Below, piece by piece: positions 1-11,403 of a DNA stretch of 60,000 bases (its first letter is position 1; every line of letters begins with the position of its first letter). The stretch comes from Lytechinus pictus. Taxonomy: Eukaryota. A program made the translations under genes and the position numbers. The stretch lies in assembly GCF_037042905.1 (NCBI RefSeq), contig NC_087252.1:4900001-4960000 (forward strand), read 5' to 3'. Under the pieces are notes generated by a model that did not search any database, was not told the origin of the DNA, and was given only the letters and a program-made list of their open reading frames with translations.

Positions 1-579
1 TGCAATCCTTTTTATTAATAATAGTCCCGTGATCAATCACTAATCTTTATGTAACAGGGCCTTGGGCCTGTCTGACAGAGAGTTTCGATGGGTGCTTGAA
101 ATCAAACTCGGACGGTGTTGGATCTGAAATTCCTATCTTTTAAGTGCACAGAGTAGATCAATCACGATATGACATCAGTTAGAATCAATTGCAACTCTTT
201 GTAGGACGCGGCATGTGTCATTAGTTCAAACATCAACACACTCCTCTTCATCCACAAGGTTATAAAACGTACATACAGCATGTGCACTCTTTCTAGGTGA
301 CCAGTTATAGCATTAGATTCATGGATTTTAATCACTGTTGAAGCCCAGGACCCTGTCTAACAACAAGTTATGGAAAGACAGCGACTCCATCATCTCGAAT
401 ATATGAATCTTTTTAAAGTGGTCTCTACATATGATGAACATCATATTGCATGTGTCTTTGTTGTAACCAGGTATGCAAGTTATAAACTCAGAAAAAATTA
501 AAGGAATCCCACACTCAAAGAGAGAATCAATCTGAGGAGATGAGTAAAATGAGTAATTACTTTCATATCTCATCTTACG

Positions 580-842
580 CTTGTGCGATGAATGGTTATT
601 GAAACATATGGCTTACCATAATCTAGTCATGCATATGGTTGTATGTAACTTATTTAGGTCAAGCTACATGTACCACTTTTTTAGCAGCACTCGGTGCATT
701 CAAGGAAATAATCTTAATCCTAATCCTGGGTGCACAATGAATGTGAATCCTGCCGAGGGGAAATTATGACATGGCTTGGATTTGAACCTATGCCCCTCTT
801 GTTTCAAAGTCTGGAGACTAATCCACTTGGCCACAATGCTCC
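580..842 (-). mobile_element. Degenerate tRNA-derived SINE
   Basis: Minus strand begins GGAGCATTGTGGCCAAGTGG (A-box-like) .. GGTTCAAATCC (B-box-like); same layout as the SINE head at 24.5 kb. Confidence 0.55.
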
Positions 843-1924
843 GCATAGTGTAGAGTGCCCAGTTTTCTAAAATGCAAAATCTGTGCTCTGCAGTGACAGA
901 ACATATATTGTGTACAAACATAATAAAGATAAAGCAATCTTAAAAATAGTGAAAATATCAGAACCATATGCATCTAAAATCATGGCGAATATATGCTTAA
1001 ATACTGCAAACTGATTTGATCAACATATTTTTCGAACTGAATTTTAATTAATTTGATTTGATTTCCATAATTTTCATTACATTTTTCATAATTCATATTT
1101 TAGGGTCTGAAAAATTTAGTTTTCCTTGAAATCTATGAATTCTGTATCCCCAAATTCTTAGAAATTTTTCTGTTTTCTTCATCACAGAAAATTTTGAACT
1201 GTATGAAGGTGTTCCTTTTACCCAACTGTAAAAAATATGCAAGAATTGTAGTCACAAGAAAAGAAAAAGTATAGTCAGAATATTTTAGTTGTGTACTGTT
1301 TATGTATGTGACATATTTATGACTGACAGTTGTTTAGTAAGTATAAATCAATCATTTATGTAATGAAATTTTCTGTAAAGGGGTTGTCAAAAGACTTAAT
1401 AAGAGGAGCATTTCATGAAATTACTTGTCAGACGTTTTATCCGACAAGTCCCGTTTTATCCGACAGTTACCATAGTAACAGTGCTTCTCAGCCAATCAGA
1501 ATCAAGGAAAGTTGTCAGATGACATATATTAATGAAATGCTCCCCTGGACCATTTTTGCCAGACTGCTAAGTAATGTATGTACATGGCAATTTTTTTAAT
1601 CATCTCATCCTACAGGTAACATTGCTTCAGTCAAAACATTTTGGGGACCATAGAAATCTGTTTGCCTTTCATAGTAATTTTATTTATGAGAGGTATATAA
1701 CACTACTTTTGCACAATCTTGGGCCAGATTCATAAAGAGTTATAAAAAATATGTACAACTAATATATCTGCCATTATGGCAACTAGCGTGGAAACACAAC
1801 TCAGTAGCCAATCACAATCCAGGTTTCCATGGAAGATGAAATGACAAAATTGCAATAGTTTTAAATCTTAATGAAATGGGTCCATGATCTAAAGAAAAAT
1901 TGCTCCGATTGGGAAAGTCAGGAG

Positions 1925-2101
1925 AGTTGGGTTTTGGGTTCCAGTGACCCGGGTTCGATTCACACTTGGTACGCTAGTGCCCTTTGGTAAGGCATTTCTC
2001 ATTACCAGGTCCCTTGGAGAGGACCTTAAGCCGTCGGTCCCCTGGTTGCTTGCTTACAAGCATCCATTCTTTCTTGGCAATCGAGTAAAAAATCACCACC
2101 A
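1925..2101 (+). mobile_element. tRNA-derived SINE fragment with conserved central domain
   Basis: B box GGTTCGATTC, then CCCTTTGGTAAGGCA and GGAGAGGACCTTAAGCCGTCGGTCCC. Confidence 0.6.
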
Positions 2102-2239
2102 TTTACCAAAGACGTTTACCTGTATTTCTTGAAACACAAAATCTTTTTTTAATGTATAGATAGGAATGTAAAGAAATAGAATTAAATTAGAAAACAGCTT
2201 GTCGTATGTTTGTTGGCATATGCTTCTAAAGACATCCTG

Positions 2240-2500
2240 GGCCCCGTCTTTCAAAGAGTTACGATTGATCCAATAAATATCAACTGTATGGATATCCATC
2301 AATGTCATAATTTTTTCTGAAGGAAATTTAAACATCCAATGTTAAACACAGAAGCTCACTGAATTTTCAACAAAATGATAAATATATGAATACTCATATC
2401 TAGAATACATTTTGAACAGACGCATTACAGATGTTGACTTTGCTGGCTATCCATAGTTGTGGTTGATTTGATCAATTGTAACTCTTTGTAAGACGGGGCT
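2240..2500. mobile_element. Palindromic MITE (monomer), Harbinger-like CWG flanks
   Basis: GGCCCCGTCTTTCAAAGAGTTAC..GTAACTCTTTGTAAGACGGGGCT flanked by CTG/CAG. Confidence 0.75.
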
Positions 2501-3284
2501 CAGATGTAATAGCCCCTTAACTATTTGTCTTCAATTTTAATACATTACCAAAATATCCATATATGCATGTGTATTACATGAATAAAATGAAACATTATAT
2601 TTACTTGAAAAGTGGATTTGTCTTGTTTTATTTGAAATATATTGTTCTATTAAAGGAATGTGTGATGAAATATGAATAAGTAAATAAGTCTACCCTTAAT
2701 TTAAATTGCATTTTAAAAATTTAAACAAAGATTTTGAGCAAAATACGCTAATATTTAACTTGTGTTGAGAAACCAGTGGTTACAAAATAAATATCAAAAT
2801 ATTTGTTGATAAACAAGTTTGCTGCATGGACTAAAATGTACAGATTGAAGTGTTCCAATACTTATTAACTGATATTTTTGTTAAAATGGAATTGATTTAT
2901 CATGCATAAGTCAAGTACTTCTTGAAGGCACTGTAGATAGATGGCCATAGCTAGGTGCTCATTTGTAAAGTATTTCATTTTTTATACCTAGTACAGGTAA
3001 CACTGTTTATAGTATGTTATTTTGCTCAAAATATCTTGGTTAAATTCATGTCATGGTAGGGGGGAGGCTGATTCTTTGTATACATGTGTTTAAAGATTTT
3101 TCAAACTTGAATCGATTGAAATTTGGGATTCACCTCTATATGCTCACTTGCCTTCAATCATTCCATCTTTGTCCATTTTCTCTCACCCCTCCCCTTCCTC
3201 TTTTTTAAATCTTTCTCCATTCTCTCTCTACCTCCTGAGTTAAAATTTGAATTTTTAGTGTTTCTATTAAAAAAAAGAAAATGG

Positions 3285-3600
3285 ATGATGGCAGTGGCGG
3301 TATGTTGATTGTAATCAATGTTGGAAGAAGTTGATGAAAATGATAACTTACAATGATGGTGATGTTGACTTTTATTGATAATTGGGGTGATCGTGATAAT
3401 TGTTGTTGAAAATAGTGAAAAGTTGGGAACTGATAATGGCAATGATAACTGATGATGATGTTAACAATTTTTAATAAAGATGATAATGGCTTGATCATGA
3501 TAATTTATAATCATTGATGATAATGTTCATGATGATGATGATGATGAGGGTAATGATGATGACCATAGAGATGACGGTCAAAGTGACGATTGAAATGATG
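3285..3600. repeat. Degenerate (GAT)n-rich simple repeat
   Basis: Runs of gatgatgat/gataat. Confidence 0.75.
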
Positions 3601-5599
3601 AAGGCAAATATTTCACAAGCTGCATCCCACAAAAACTACAAGCCATTCACAACAGAGCATCCATGAAATATACAAAACATGATCATGTTTTAATGCGCTA
3701 ACAATTGAGCATCGAAGACAAGTACATAATTATGTACAATATATACAGTGGACATCCTGTATGAGTTGATGAACATATTACAATGCTTATATACACTTAT
3801 ATTTACTACAAAAAGATTGTATCATCAGCCGTAAGTTTAAGTTAACTTAATAATGCCAAAGAATGGGTTATTAATCATAATCTACATTGCATACATCAAA
3901 CGAATGTTTGTGCTCTTGTAGGAAACACAAATTTGGCCAAGCAAGCAACACGAAGCATATCAATCGATCATATAGTTGATTGGTATACAGGTACATGTAC
4001 ATGAGTGCACACGATGACCCATGCAATCAATCATGATGCTATGTGTCACAGTGGATGAGTTCATAAAGAGTTTTCATACAGTTATGAGCAACATTGCAAG
4101 CCCGTAGCCGGGGGAGGTTGACTGAACCTGCCAAATTTTCGAACTAAAAAAAAAATTGGGGAGGAAAACAATTTTTCGGGATGAAACACCAACCGTTTTA
4201 AGCCGATTACCTTTTTTCTGAGATGAAATGGTCAAGAATTTTTACTGATGGCCTTTTTTTGCTTATTTATTTTTTCTGCGAAGAATCACCCCCCTAATTG
4301 AAAACCGTGGCTATGCGGTTGCATTACAAATGACTGGAAAACGGCAATACAGACATTTCTCTCTTTTTTTTAAAATTCACATTAGTCAAGCTTGACATAT
4401 ACAGATGCTGGTCAATATTTCATCGGTACATAAACACTTTTCAGAGCAAGATATAATTTTGCATTTCAAATGAAAGTAAAAGTTTGTCAATATTATCAGG
4501 GCAACATCTGACTATTCCAGTCATTCATAACATCACAAGAAACTTTACAAAAAGACTTTATGAAACTATCTCTCAATAAATCATCATTGTTAATGATGCA
4601 GAAACACAGATGCTGACTGCATAATAGTTGGCTTAATTCAAACAAGAAAAATAACATACTTGGCCTTTCTTTTCTCAGTTTTTTACAAATATTTTTTTGG
4701 CACAAAGTGGCCTAACCCAACCCTACATTTTTTATTTGTCGCTGCAAAATATCAGGGTTAGCCAAATAATTAAGTGTTTAAGTCTGGGGTTAAGGATCGC
4801 TGTGAGAAAAGAAACCTAGTAAAGCCAAGGACTGAGCTCCATGTATGTCCTAGGGGTAACAGAGCCAGGATTTTGTGTGAGAAAAAGCAAGCATTTCCTT
4901 AGCCAGGTGTGGCAGAAAAATTTGGCAGGGGAGAAAAAGAATATTGTTGTATGGGGTTAAGGATAGAACAGGATGAATAATTCTGGGGTAAGGAAATTGT
5001 TGTGATATAAGGGCATTAATCGACCTTATCGGGCTGGAGTCAGTTTCATTGGTGTGACAAACCACAGAATATAACATGAGCAGTAAGCTTTTCAAAACAA
5101 CATATAAATCTGAATACAAACATACTGAAATGTAAAAATAAAACATTGTTACATTATCTTTTTTCTAAATGGCCATTTACAGCCGACATTACTGTTTTCA
5201 GAACTGCAGACATTTTTATGATATTGTAGCACAATGTATACATATTAATATTTTTATTGTTATTTAAAGTTAGTACCAAAGAAGCAATTATATGAAAATC
5301 AATGGCTGTTAACATACTACATAATACACTTTTCAGAAAATCTGTATCCACTATGGCATATCATGTTGAATATTGGTTTAAACATGTGCTTCATGATCAG
5401 GGGAGGTCTTCATGAAGCAAAAGGTGAAATTTTCAATGACTAAAACACTGTGAGCCAATCAGATGCAAGGGTTTGCAGTAGCTTATAACAAATTGCCAGT
5501 GACTTTGTTTTATGAAAAGCTCCCCTGTTTATTAAGTTCTGCCCCAATGAAACAATGATCATTTCCAGTGTTTTAAAGGGTACAAATTTTTCAGACCAG

Positions 5600-5727
5600 G
5601 GTCCCGTAACACAAAGGTTAGCGATTAATCGTACGCTTGATTTCATGATTGATTGTACATTGTAGTCAATGGAATCAATCGTAGAAAAATGTTCTACATT
5701 CATTGCTAAGCTTTGAGTTACGGGACC
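5600..5727. mobile_element. Short MITE with CAG target duplication (second copy at 34310-34437)
   Basis: CAG|GGTCCCGTAACACAAAG..CTTTGAGTTACGGGACC|CAG. Confidence 0.8.
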
Positions 5728-6964
5728 CAGATTGTTACAAAACTTGCAGGCCTTATATTAACCTCTTATCATTTGAACAGAATTCTGTGGCTTAAGGATG
5801 TCTGATTTCATAAATAGACTAAACCATCTCATGATCTTAAGCAATGGTATTTATGAAAAACTAATTCAAAGTCAAAATAGAAAAATACTAAGGTAATGCC
5901 ATGGAAAACTTGAACACACATAACACAACAAAATTAGTGTTTTTAGAATCTAGAAGAAAAATAAAGGTTGTTTTGAACTCTGATTGTAACATTGTAGGAA
6001 CAAAAACACATGTTTTGATTACATCAAAACATCAACATGGGAAGGAAACAGAAGAAATCGAAGGTAATAGACTGGAGAGGGAATAAGAAGAAGGAAAACA
6101 AAGAGATACATTCCAATTCTAATTCATGTATTGTTTTACCACAAAGGAAGGTACAACAAAAACAACAGAAATTATCAGCAGTTATAGGAATAGCATTCCC
6201 CTGTTATCTACACAATAAGAATGTATTCAATTTTAACAGAACAATAAATTGCGCTTTGACAACAGAACTATTAAAAGCACAAAACACAATCATCACAAAG
6301 CCTATGATATAAAACATGTGCATATCAGTCATTCTGTTAACACAGAAATGTCAACCTTTTTTAACAAAAGAAGTATCGTAGGAGAGAAAAAAAAAGTAGT
6401 TAAAAAAATTTCTCATTGTAAAATTGCCAGCCTGTTGCGGTCAGATCAAAGTGATGTGGTATGGGGCCAGCAGAGTGATCATCTACATGTCTGGTCACAG
6501 TAAAAGACCTTGTAGGCCATGAACAGAGCACAGGCGCTGTAGTTCTGTCCTAGGGAAAGCAGATCATGCATAATACATAACTAGATCTATGGCTCCATAC
6601 TCCATGATCAGATATTCTAAAATATACCAAAAAAATGTATTTGCCTTACTCATGGCAAAAAAAAAGGGAAAGGAAAGAAAAAAGAACAAATACCGGTATG
6701 CCCCCCCAAAAAGAAACAGTTGGCATTTCTGTTAACAGCATTTACAATATTATGGATTGTGAATGAAAAATAGAAGCTGTAGAGGTATAACAACTGAAAG
6801 GTTGTGTACTACATGTACATCACTGGCAGTATGTTGATTTATGTCCCATTTGGTGTACCGCCAAAGGGGGAGGGGCATTTTTAATAAGTGAAAAACAGGA
6901 AAAAGAGAAAAAAAGATAAGGGAAGAAAAGAAGACTGAGAAGGGGAGTACAATACAGAGATCTG

Positions 6965-7132
6965 GGGGCCGTTTCATATAGCTGATTGTAAGTTAAGAGT
7001 GACTGGTGATCCTTTCTTGTGGTAAATGATATTCACCATCAAATGTTCATTGGAGATTTTTAGCACGCAAGAAAGGATCACCAGTCGTTCTTGAAGTCGC
7101 TCTTAACTTACAAACAGCTTTATGAAGTACCC
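6965..7132. mobile_element. Palindromic MITE family (other copies about 14775-14928 and 16206-16375)
   Basis: GGGCCGTTTCATA(A)AGCTG..GTAAGTTAAGAG.GAC / GTCGCTCTTAACTTAC..CAGCTTTATGAA shared by three loci. Confidence 0.75.
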
Positions 7133-7919
7133 TACTGTGCTGTGAAACCCTAGTTTAGAATACGTTGACAGGTAATACAACTGAGTAGAAACTATGACAT
7201 CGTATGTGGGTCACCCCCCCTCCTCACAATATCTTCCCTTAGTCCTATTGCCATTTAGGCTTGATTCAAGAATCATTTAATCTTTGAAATAAATTGAATA
7301 CCAAGTAAAAGATGATCAAGGCCCGTTTCACAGAGCTGTTCTTAAGTTATCTTAAGTCTTTAATACATTTTATATTGTGTATAAGAGCTCGTGTAACTAG
7401 GACAGTTATATGAATTGGTGCACAGAAACCTATGAAGTATTAAGCTGCATATCATAAAAACAATGTACAATACTGTATCAATATATATATGGAAGTTTCT
7501 ACATTAGATGCAATGTTAGTAAAGCCTGAAGTAATCAAGTGTATTGAATATTGACTAATCCTTGGAAGTAGGCTATAGATATCACTAGTCGACAAACAAT
7601 CTGCCACATACTTGGAAGATTTAATATTTTTATTGTAAAATGTCAAAACAGAGCATCGCCAGTATTAACTCAGTATAAAAGCATTGGTTAACTTTGATTT
7701 AAATATTTAAAAATCAGAGCTGTAACATATTCCTTCCCTTTGTCTAGAAAATTAAGTGATTTTTCAGACAAAGATATCTTGACAGTGGTTGCATGGATTT
7801 GATTTTTTTTCTTCCTTCCTGACTGTTAATATTATTCAGAGTTTAATGATGTTGCCTTTAAAAGATTTAAGTATGACTTAGAGTCCCACTTAAATGTCTA
7901 GTTGAGTGCGGTATAGAAG

Positions 7920-8339
7920 CAGACCTGCCAACCTCTGGGAATGAAAAACTGTATTCTGTGATAAAAAAAATGTATTTTTCCCCAAAAAAGTGTATTTCAT
8001 AATAAAAAATGCTTAGCGCACTCGCTCATCTCAAGCTGCATGCAAGCTAAATTGCGCACTGCTCTTGCAGATGAAAAAAAAACATTGAAGCATGTGTATA
8101 TCTTCACACTGGTTCTAACAAAATAATTGAAAAAAAAAACAAGTTACCTGAAATTACATTGATCTAATAACCATATTTATACGTTTTATGAAATAGAGAC
8201 AAATAGAGATGATTTTTCTCATTAAATTACGATTTTGTTTTTTTACAAAAAACATATTTTTTAAAGAAAAAACGTACTGCCGTATTTTGGTTGCAAAAAC
8301 GTACTAAATACGCCTAAAACGTACTGGTTGGCAGGTCTG
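7920..8339. mobile_element. Non-autonomous TIR element with 6-bp TSD, nested in a MITE (about 7860-8489)
   Basis: TIR CAGACCTGCCAACC/GGTTGGCAGGTCTG; TAGAAG on both sides; uninterrupted copy of the host MITE at about 26708-26918. Confidence 0.85.
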
Positions 8340-9364
8340 TAGAAGGTATGATCGCATTGGTCAGATCATGCCAAGAGGATGTGCTCTACTGCATATTGAT
8401 CAATAAAATTTGTGCGTTGCATATCTTGAGCACGTCGGCATTTAAGTGCGACTCTAAGTCATACTTCAATCTTTGTGAAACACCCCCCCAAACATTAGAT
8501 TTATAAGTGCAATAACACTTGTTTCCTGTAAAATGTTGCATTGATTACAAGATTGTATCCCAATGCTTACAATATTCTTCTCATCTCATCAGGGGCCTGT
8601 TTCATAAATTGCAATCATTGTAACTTTACCATTACCATGACAACTGAGCTCAGCAGCCAATCAGAATCAAAATTTCCATGGCAATTATAGTTGCTAGTCG
8701 TAATGAAACAGCCCCCTGAAGAAACTCAAGGAACAGTATGAATAAGTTCAAAGGAATGTTCACCCTGATGATAAATTGATATCAATAAAAGCAGAAAAAT
8801 TATAGAGAAAAATAATATTGGGAGGTTTGATGAAAATCCCTCAAAGAATATATGAATTGAATTTCTTCAGTTTGGATTTTTTGTGATGCTTCAGACAAGT
8901 AGCTCCTCCACATTATGTCGTGAAATATAAATTTCCCCCATACATGCCACTTAAAAAATAAGAGGAAATAATTTCATACCCCTTCATTTGTATAAGTATA
9001 TTTGTTTATCCTGCTCCATTAAATAGAGGAAATCAACAGAATTTATATTACATGATACATGAGGAAGCTACTCACATATGATGTCACAAATTAAACACAA
9101 AATAAAACTTCATAACTCTCTTTGGTGTAATTTCATCAAAACTTCACATCCATCTATAACTTTTTTGCTTTTATTACCCCCCCAAACAAAAATTCACAAC
9201 TGAATTTTCCACATCAGCAAGAGCAGTCCCCTACATCGCAGTGGTATTTAGAATACAAACTACGCTACAGGCTATTTACAAATTACAATGAATTACACAT
9301 AATACTGAAATAGGTCTACAGTCGTCATCATCATCAATACCCTACCAAAATCATCAGAGAACTG

Positions 9365-9839
9365 GACCCCTTCTTACAAAGAGTTACGATTGATACAATC
9401 AATCGTAACTCTATGGAAATCCATCAGTGTCATAATTTTTTCTACAGGAAATTTGCAAAATGTCCTTTGTAAACAAAAGAGAACACACCAAAATGTCAAG
9501 AAATCAATGAATTTATGGATATACACTCATATCTACAATTTTTTTAAACAAACATGCATTTTGTATGTTGACTTTGCTGGCTCTCCATAGTTGCGATTGA
9601 TCCGATCGATCGCAACTATGGACGGCCAGCAATGTCAACATCTATTATGCACGTTTGTTCAAAATATTTTCTAGCTATGACGTATATTCATGCATTCATC
9701 GTCTTGAAAATTAATTGTGCTTCTCTTTGTTTACAAAAGACATTGTGCACATTTCCTGTTGAAAAAAATGATGACACTGATGGATTTCCATAGAGTTACG
9801 ATTGATTGGATCAATCGTAACTCTTTGTGAGATGGGGCG
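9365..9839. mobile_element. ~475-bp foldback element (inverted dimer of the 2240-2500 MITE)
   Basis: The two halves are reverse complements centred on AGTTGCGATTGATCCGATCGATCGCAACT near 9603. Confidence 0.8.
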
Positions 9840-10903
9840 GTTGAGTGTGGGAAAATAAGAGGCAATTAATCATCGTTTCAATCACCATGGTACATATTTT
9901 TGTAAGCTCCCGAATTATTTTCATCAATTTAAGGCACGCACTTAAGAAGTATTGTTGAGTAATAGTTTGGAGGCTAATCGGGTCTGGCATGAGCTGAACT
10001 GAAGGTATAAGTACAGTGTGTAATTATCTGGACACCCGCATGCACTTATTAGTACTACAGATACTGCAAAACCCTTGTGTTAGCAAAAAAAAAACCCTGA
10101 TAAGGCTTGTGTAGAATTCATGCAAATTAATATATTTCAATGACATTTATGTGTCTCTTAATTGGGTACATGTTATATAACACTACAGCCTTGTTAGATA
10201 TTATGATGGATTGCATAAGCAGGTACATTGCTCCTAATATAAGTTGAAATTCCTGAGCATAAATCATAATGAAAAACCAAACTAGACACTAGTATCATGA
10301 TGCTAAACTTGTTTTTGTACAACGGTGGGATAGAAGTGTGAATGCATCAATAATTTAAATACACTGTAGGTCTGTTAATGATGGGATATGGTCATATTCA
10401 CACAGCCTCATGCTACCCATATCATGAAGCTTAAATCCTTGATTTGTATATAGATGGTATAGGTGTGTGAACTCATCCATAATTCCAATAGGTTTGCCTA
10501 AGCTGGAATATGGCCATATTCACATGTCCTAAACATGGAAGGCAAAGGATGACTGCTGGACGTTTTTACTTGAAAAAGCCTTGAGGGGGTAATGACATTA
10601 TGTGACTTGGAACATCTTGTTCTATTGCCCAAATGCACAATTGGATAGGGTGTTCACACAAACATAGGGTGTTCACACATACCATGTGCTGTCCAAACAT
10701 CAAAATAAATTATATAAGCAATGCTGGAACATTCAGCTCAGTCAAAGAGCTGGGGGAGGGGGCGATCCATTAATCACACACATTGGTTCACCCATTCTAA
10801 TCTTTGTCTACTCGTTCCAGCGCCACTGAATTCCATTTTACATTGATCACATACGATTAAACAACAAAGGGGCTGGTCACACAAGATATAGCACCGGTAC
10901 TGT

Positions 10904-11403
10904 TCAGACGTGATGGAATGAAGCCATGTGGTGTTCGCACTCCTCCTGGCTGATGAAGAGCCTGTCACAGGGCGCACACTCAAAGTTACCAAGATGACCC
11001 AGGTGCTTGGCTTTCATATGGATCAATAAACTGACCCTTGTCCTGTAACCCATTCCGCAGACCTTACACGCAACGATCTCGTGGAAACGTGTCGATCTCG
11101 ATCCCTGTGCATCCCCATCTTTCTTCCCTTCCCCCTCGGACGACGAGCTGGTGGTGGCTTCTTGCCGCTCTGTGGTGGCTTCCCGACCCCCCGTGGCAGG
11201 ATTTGTGGCTGTATCTTTGGTATTAGAAAGGGTCAGGAGGATGCCGCCCTTGGGACTCTTCTCTCCTCCGTTCTTGGATTTGTTCACACACAGATGGCAT
11301 AGAATCTTGGAGGGGTCGTCTTGGTTACTGGAGCCACTCTCGTCGGTTGGTTCGGTGACGAACTCTGTGCCACAAGAGCTACATTCCTGGATTAGGAAAC
11401 GTC
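10904..11403 (-). CDS. Last coding exon: CxxC..CxxC knuckle and two C2H2 zinc fingers
   Basis: Acceptor tgtgaacag|GAC. Reads [15 protein letters not shown]...ILCHLCVNK...[22 protein letters not shown]...[24 protein letters not shown]. Confidence 0.88.
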
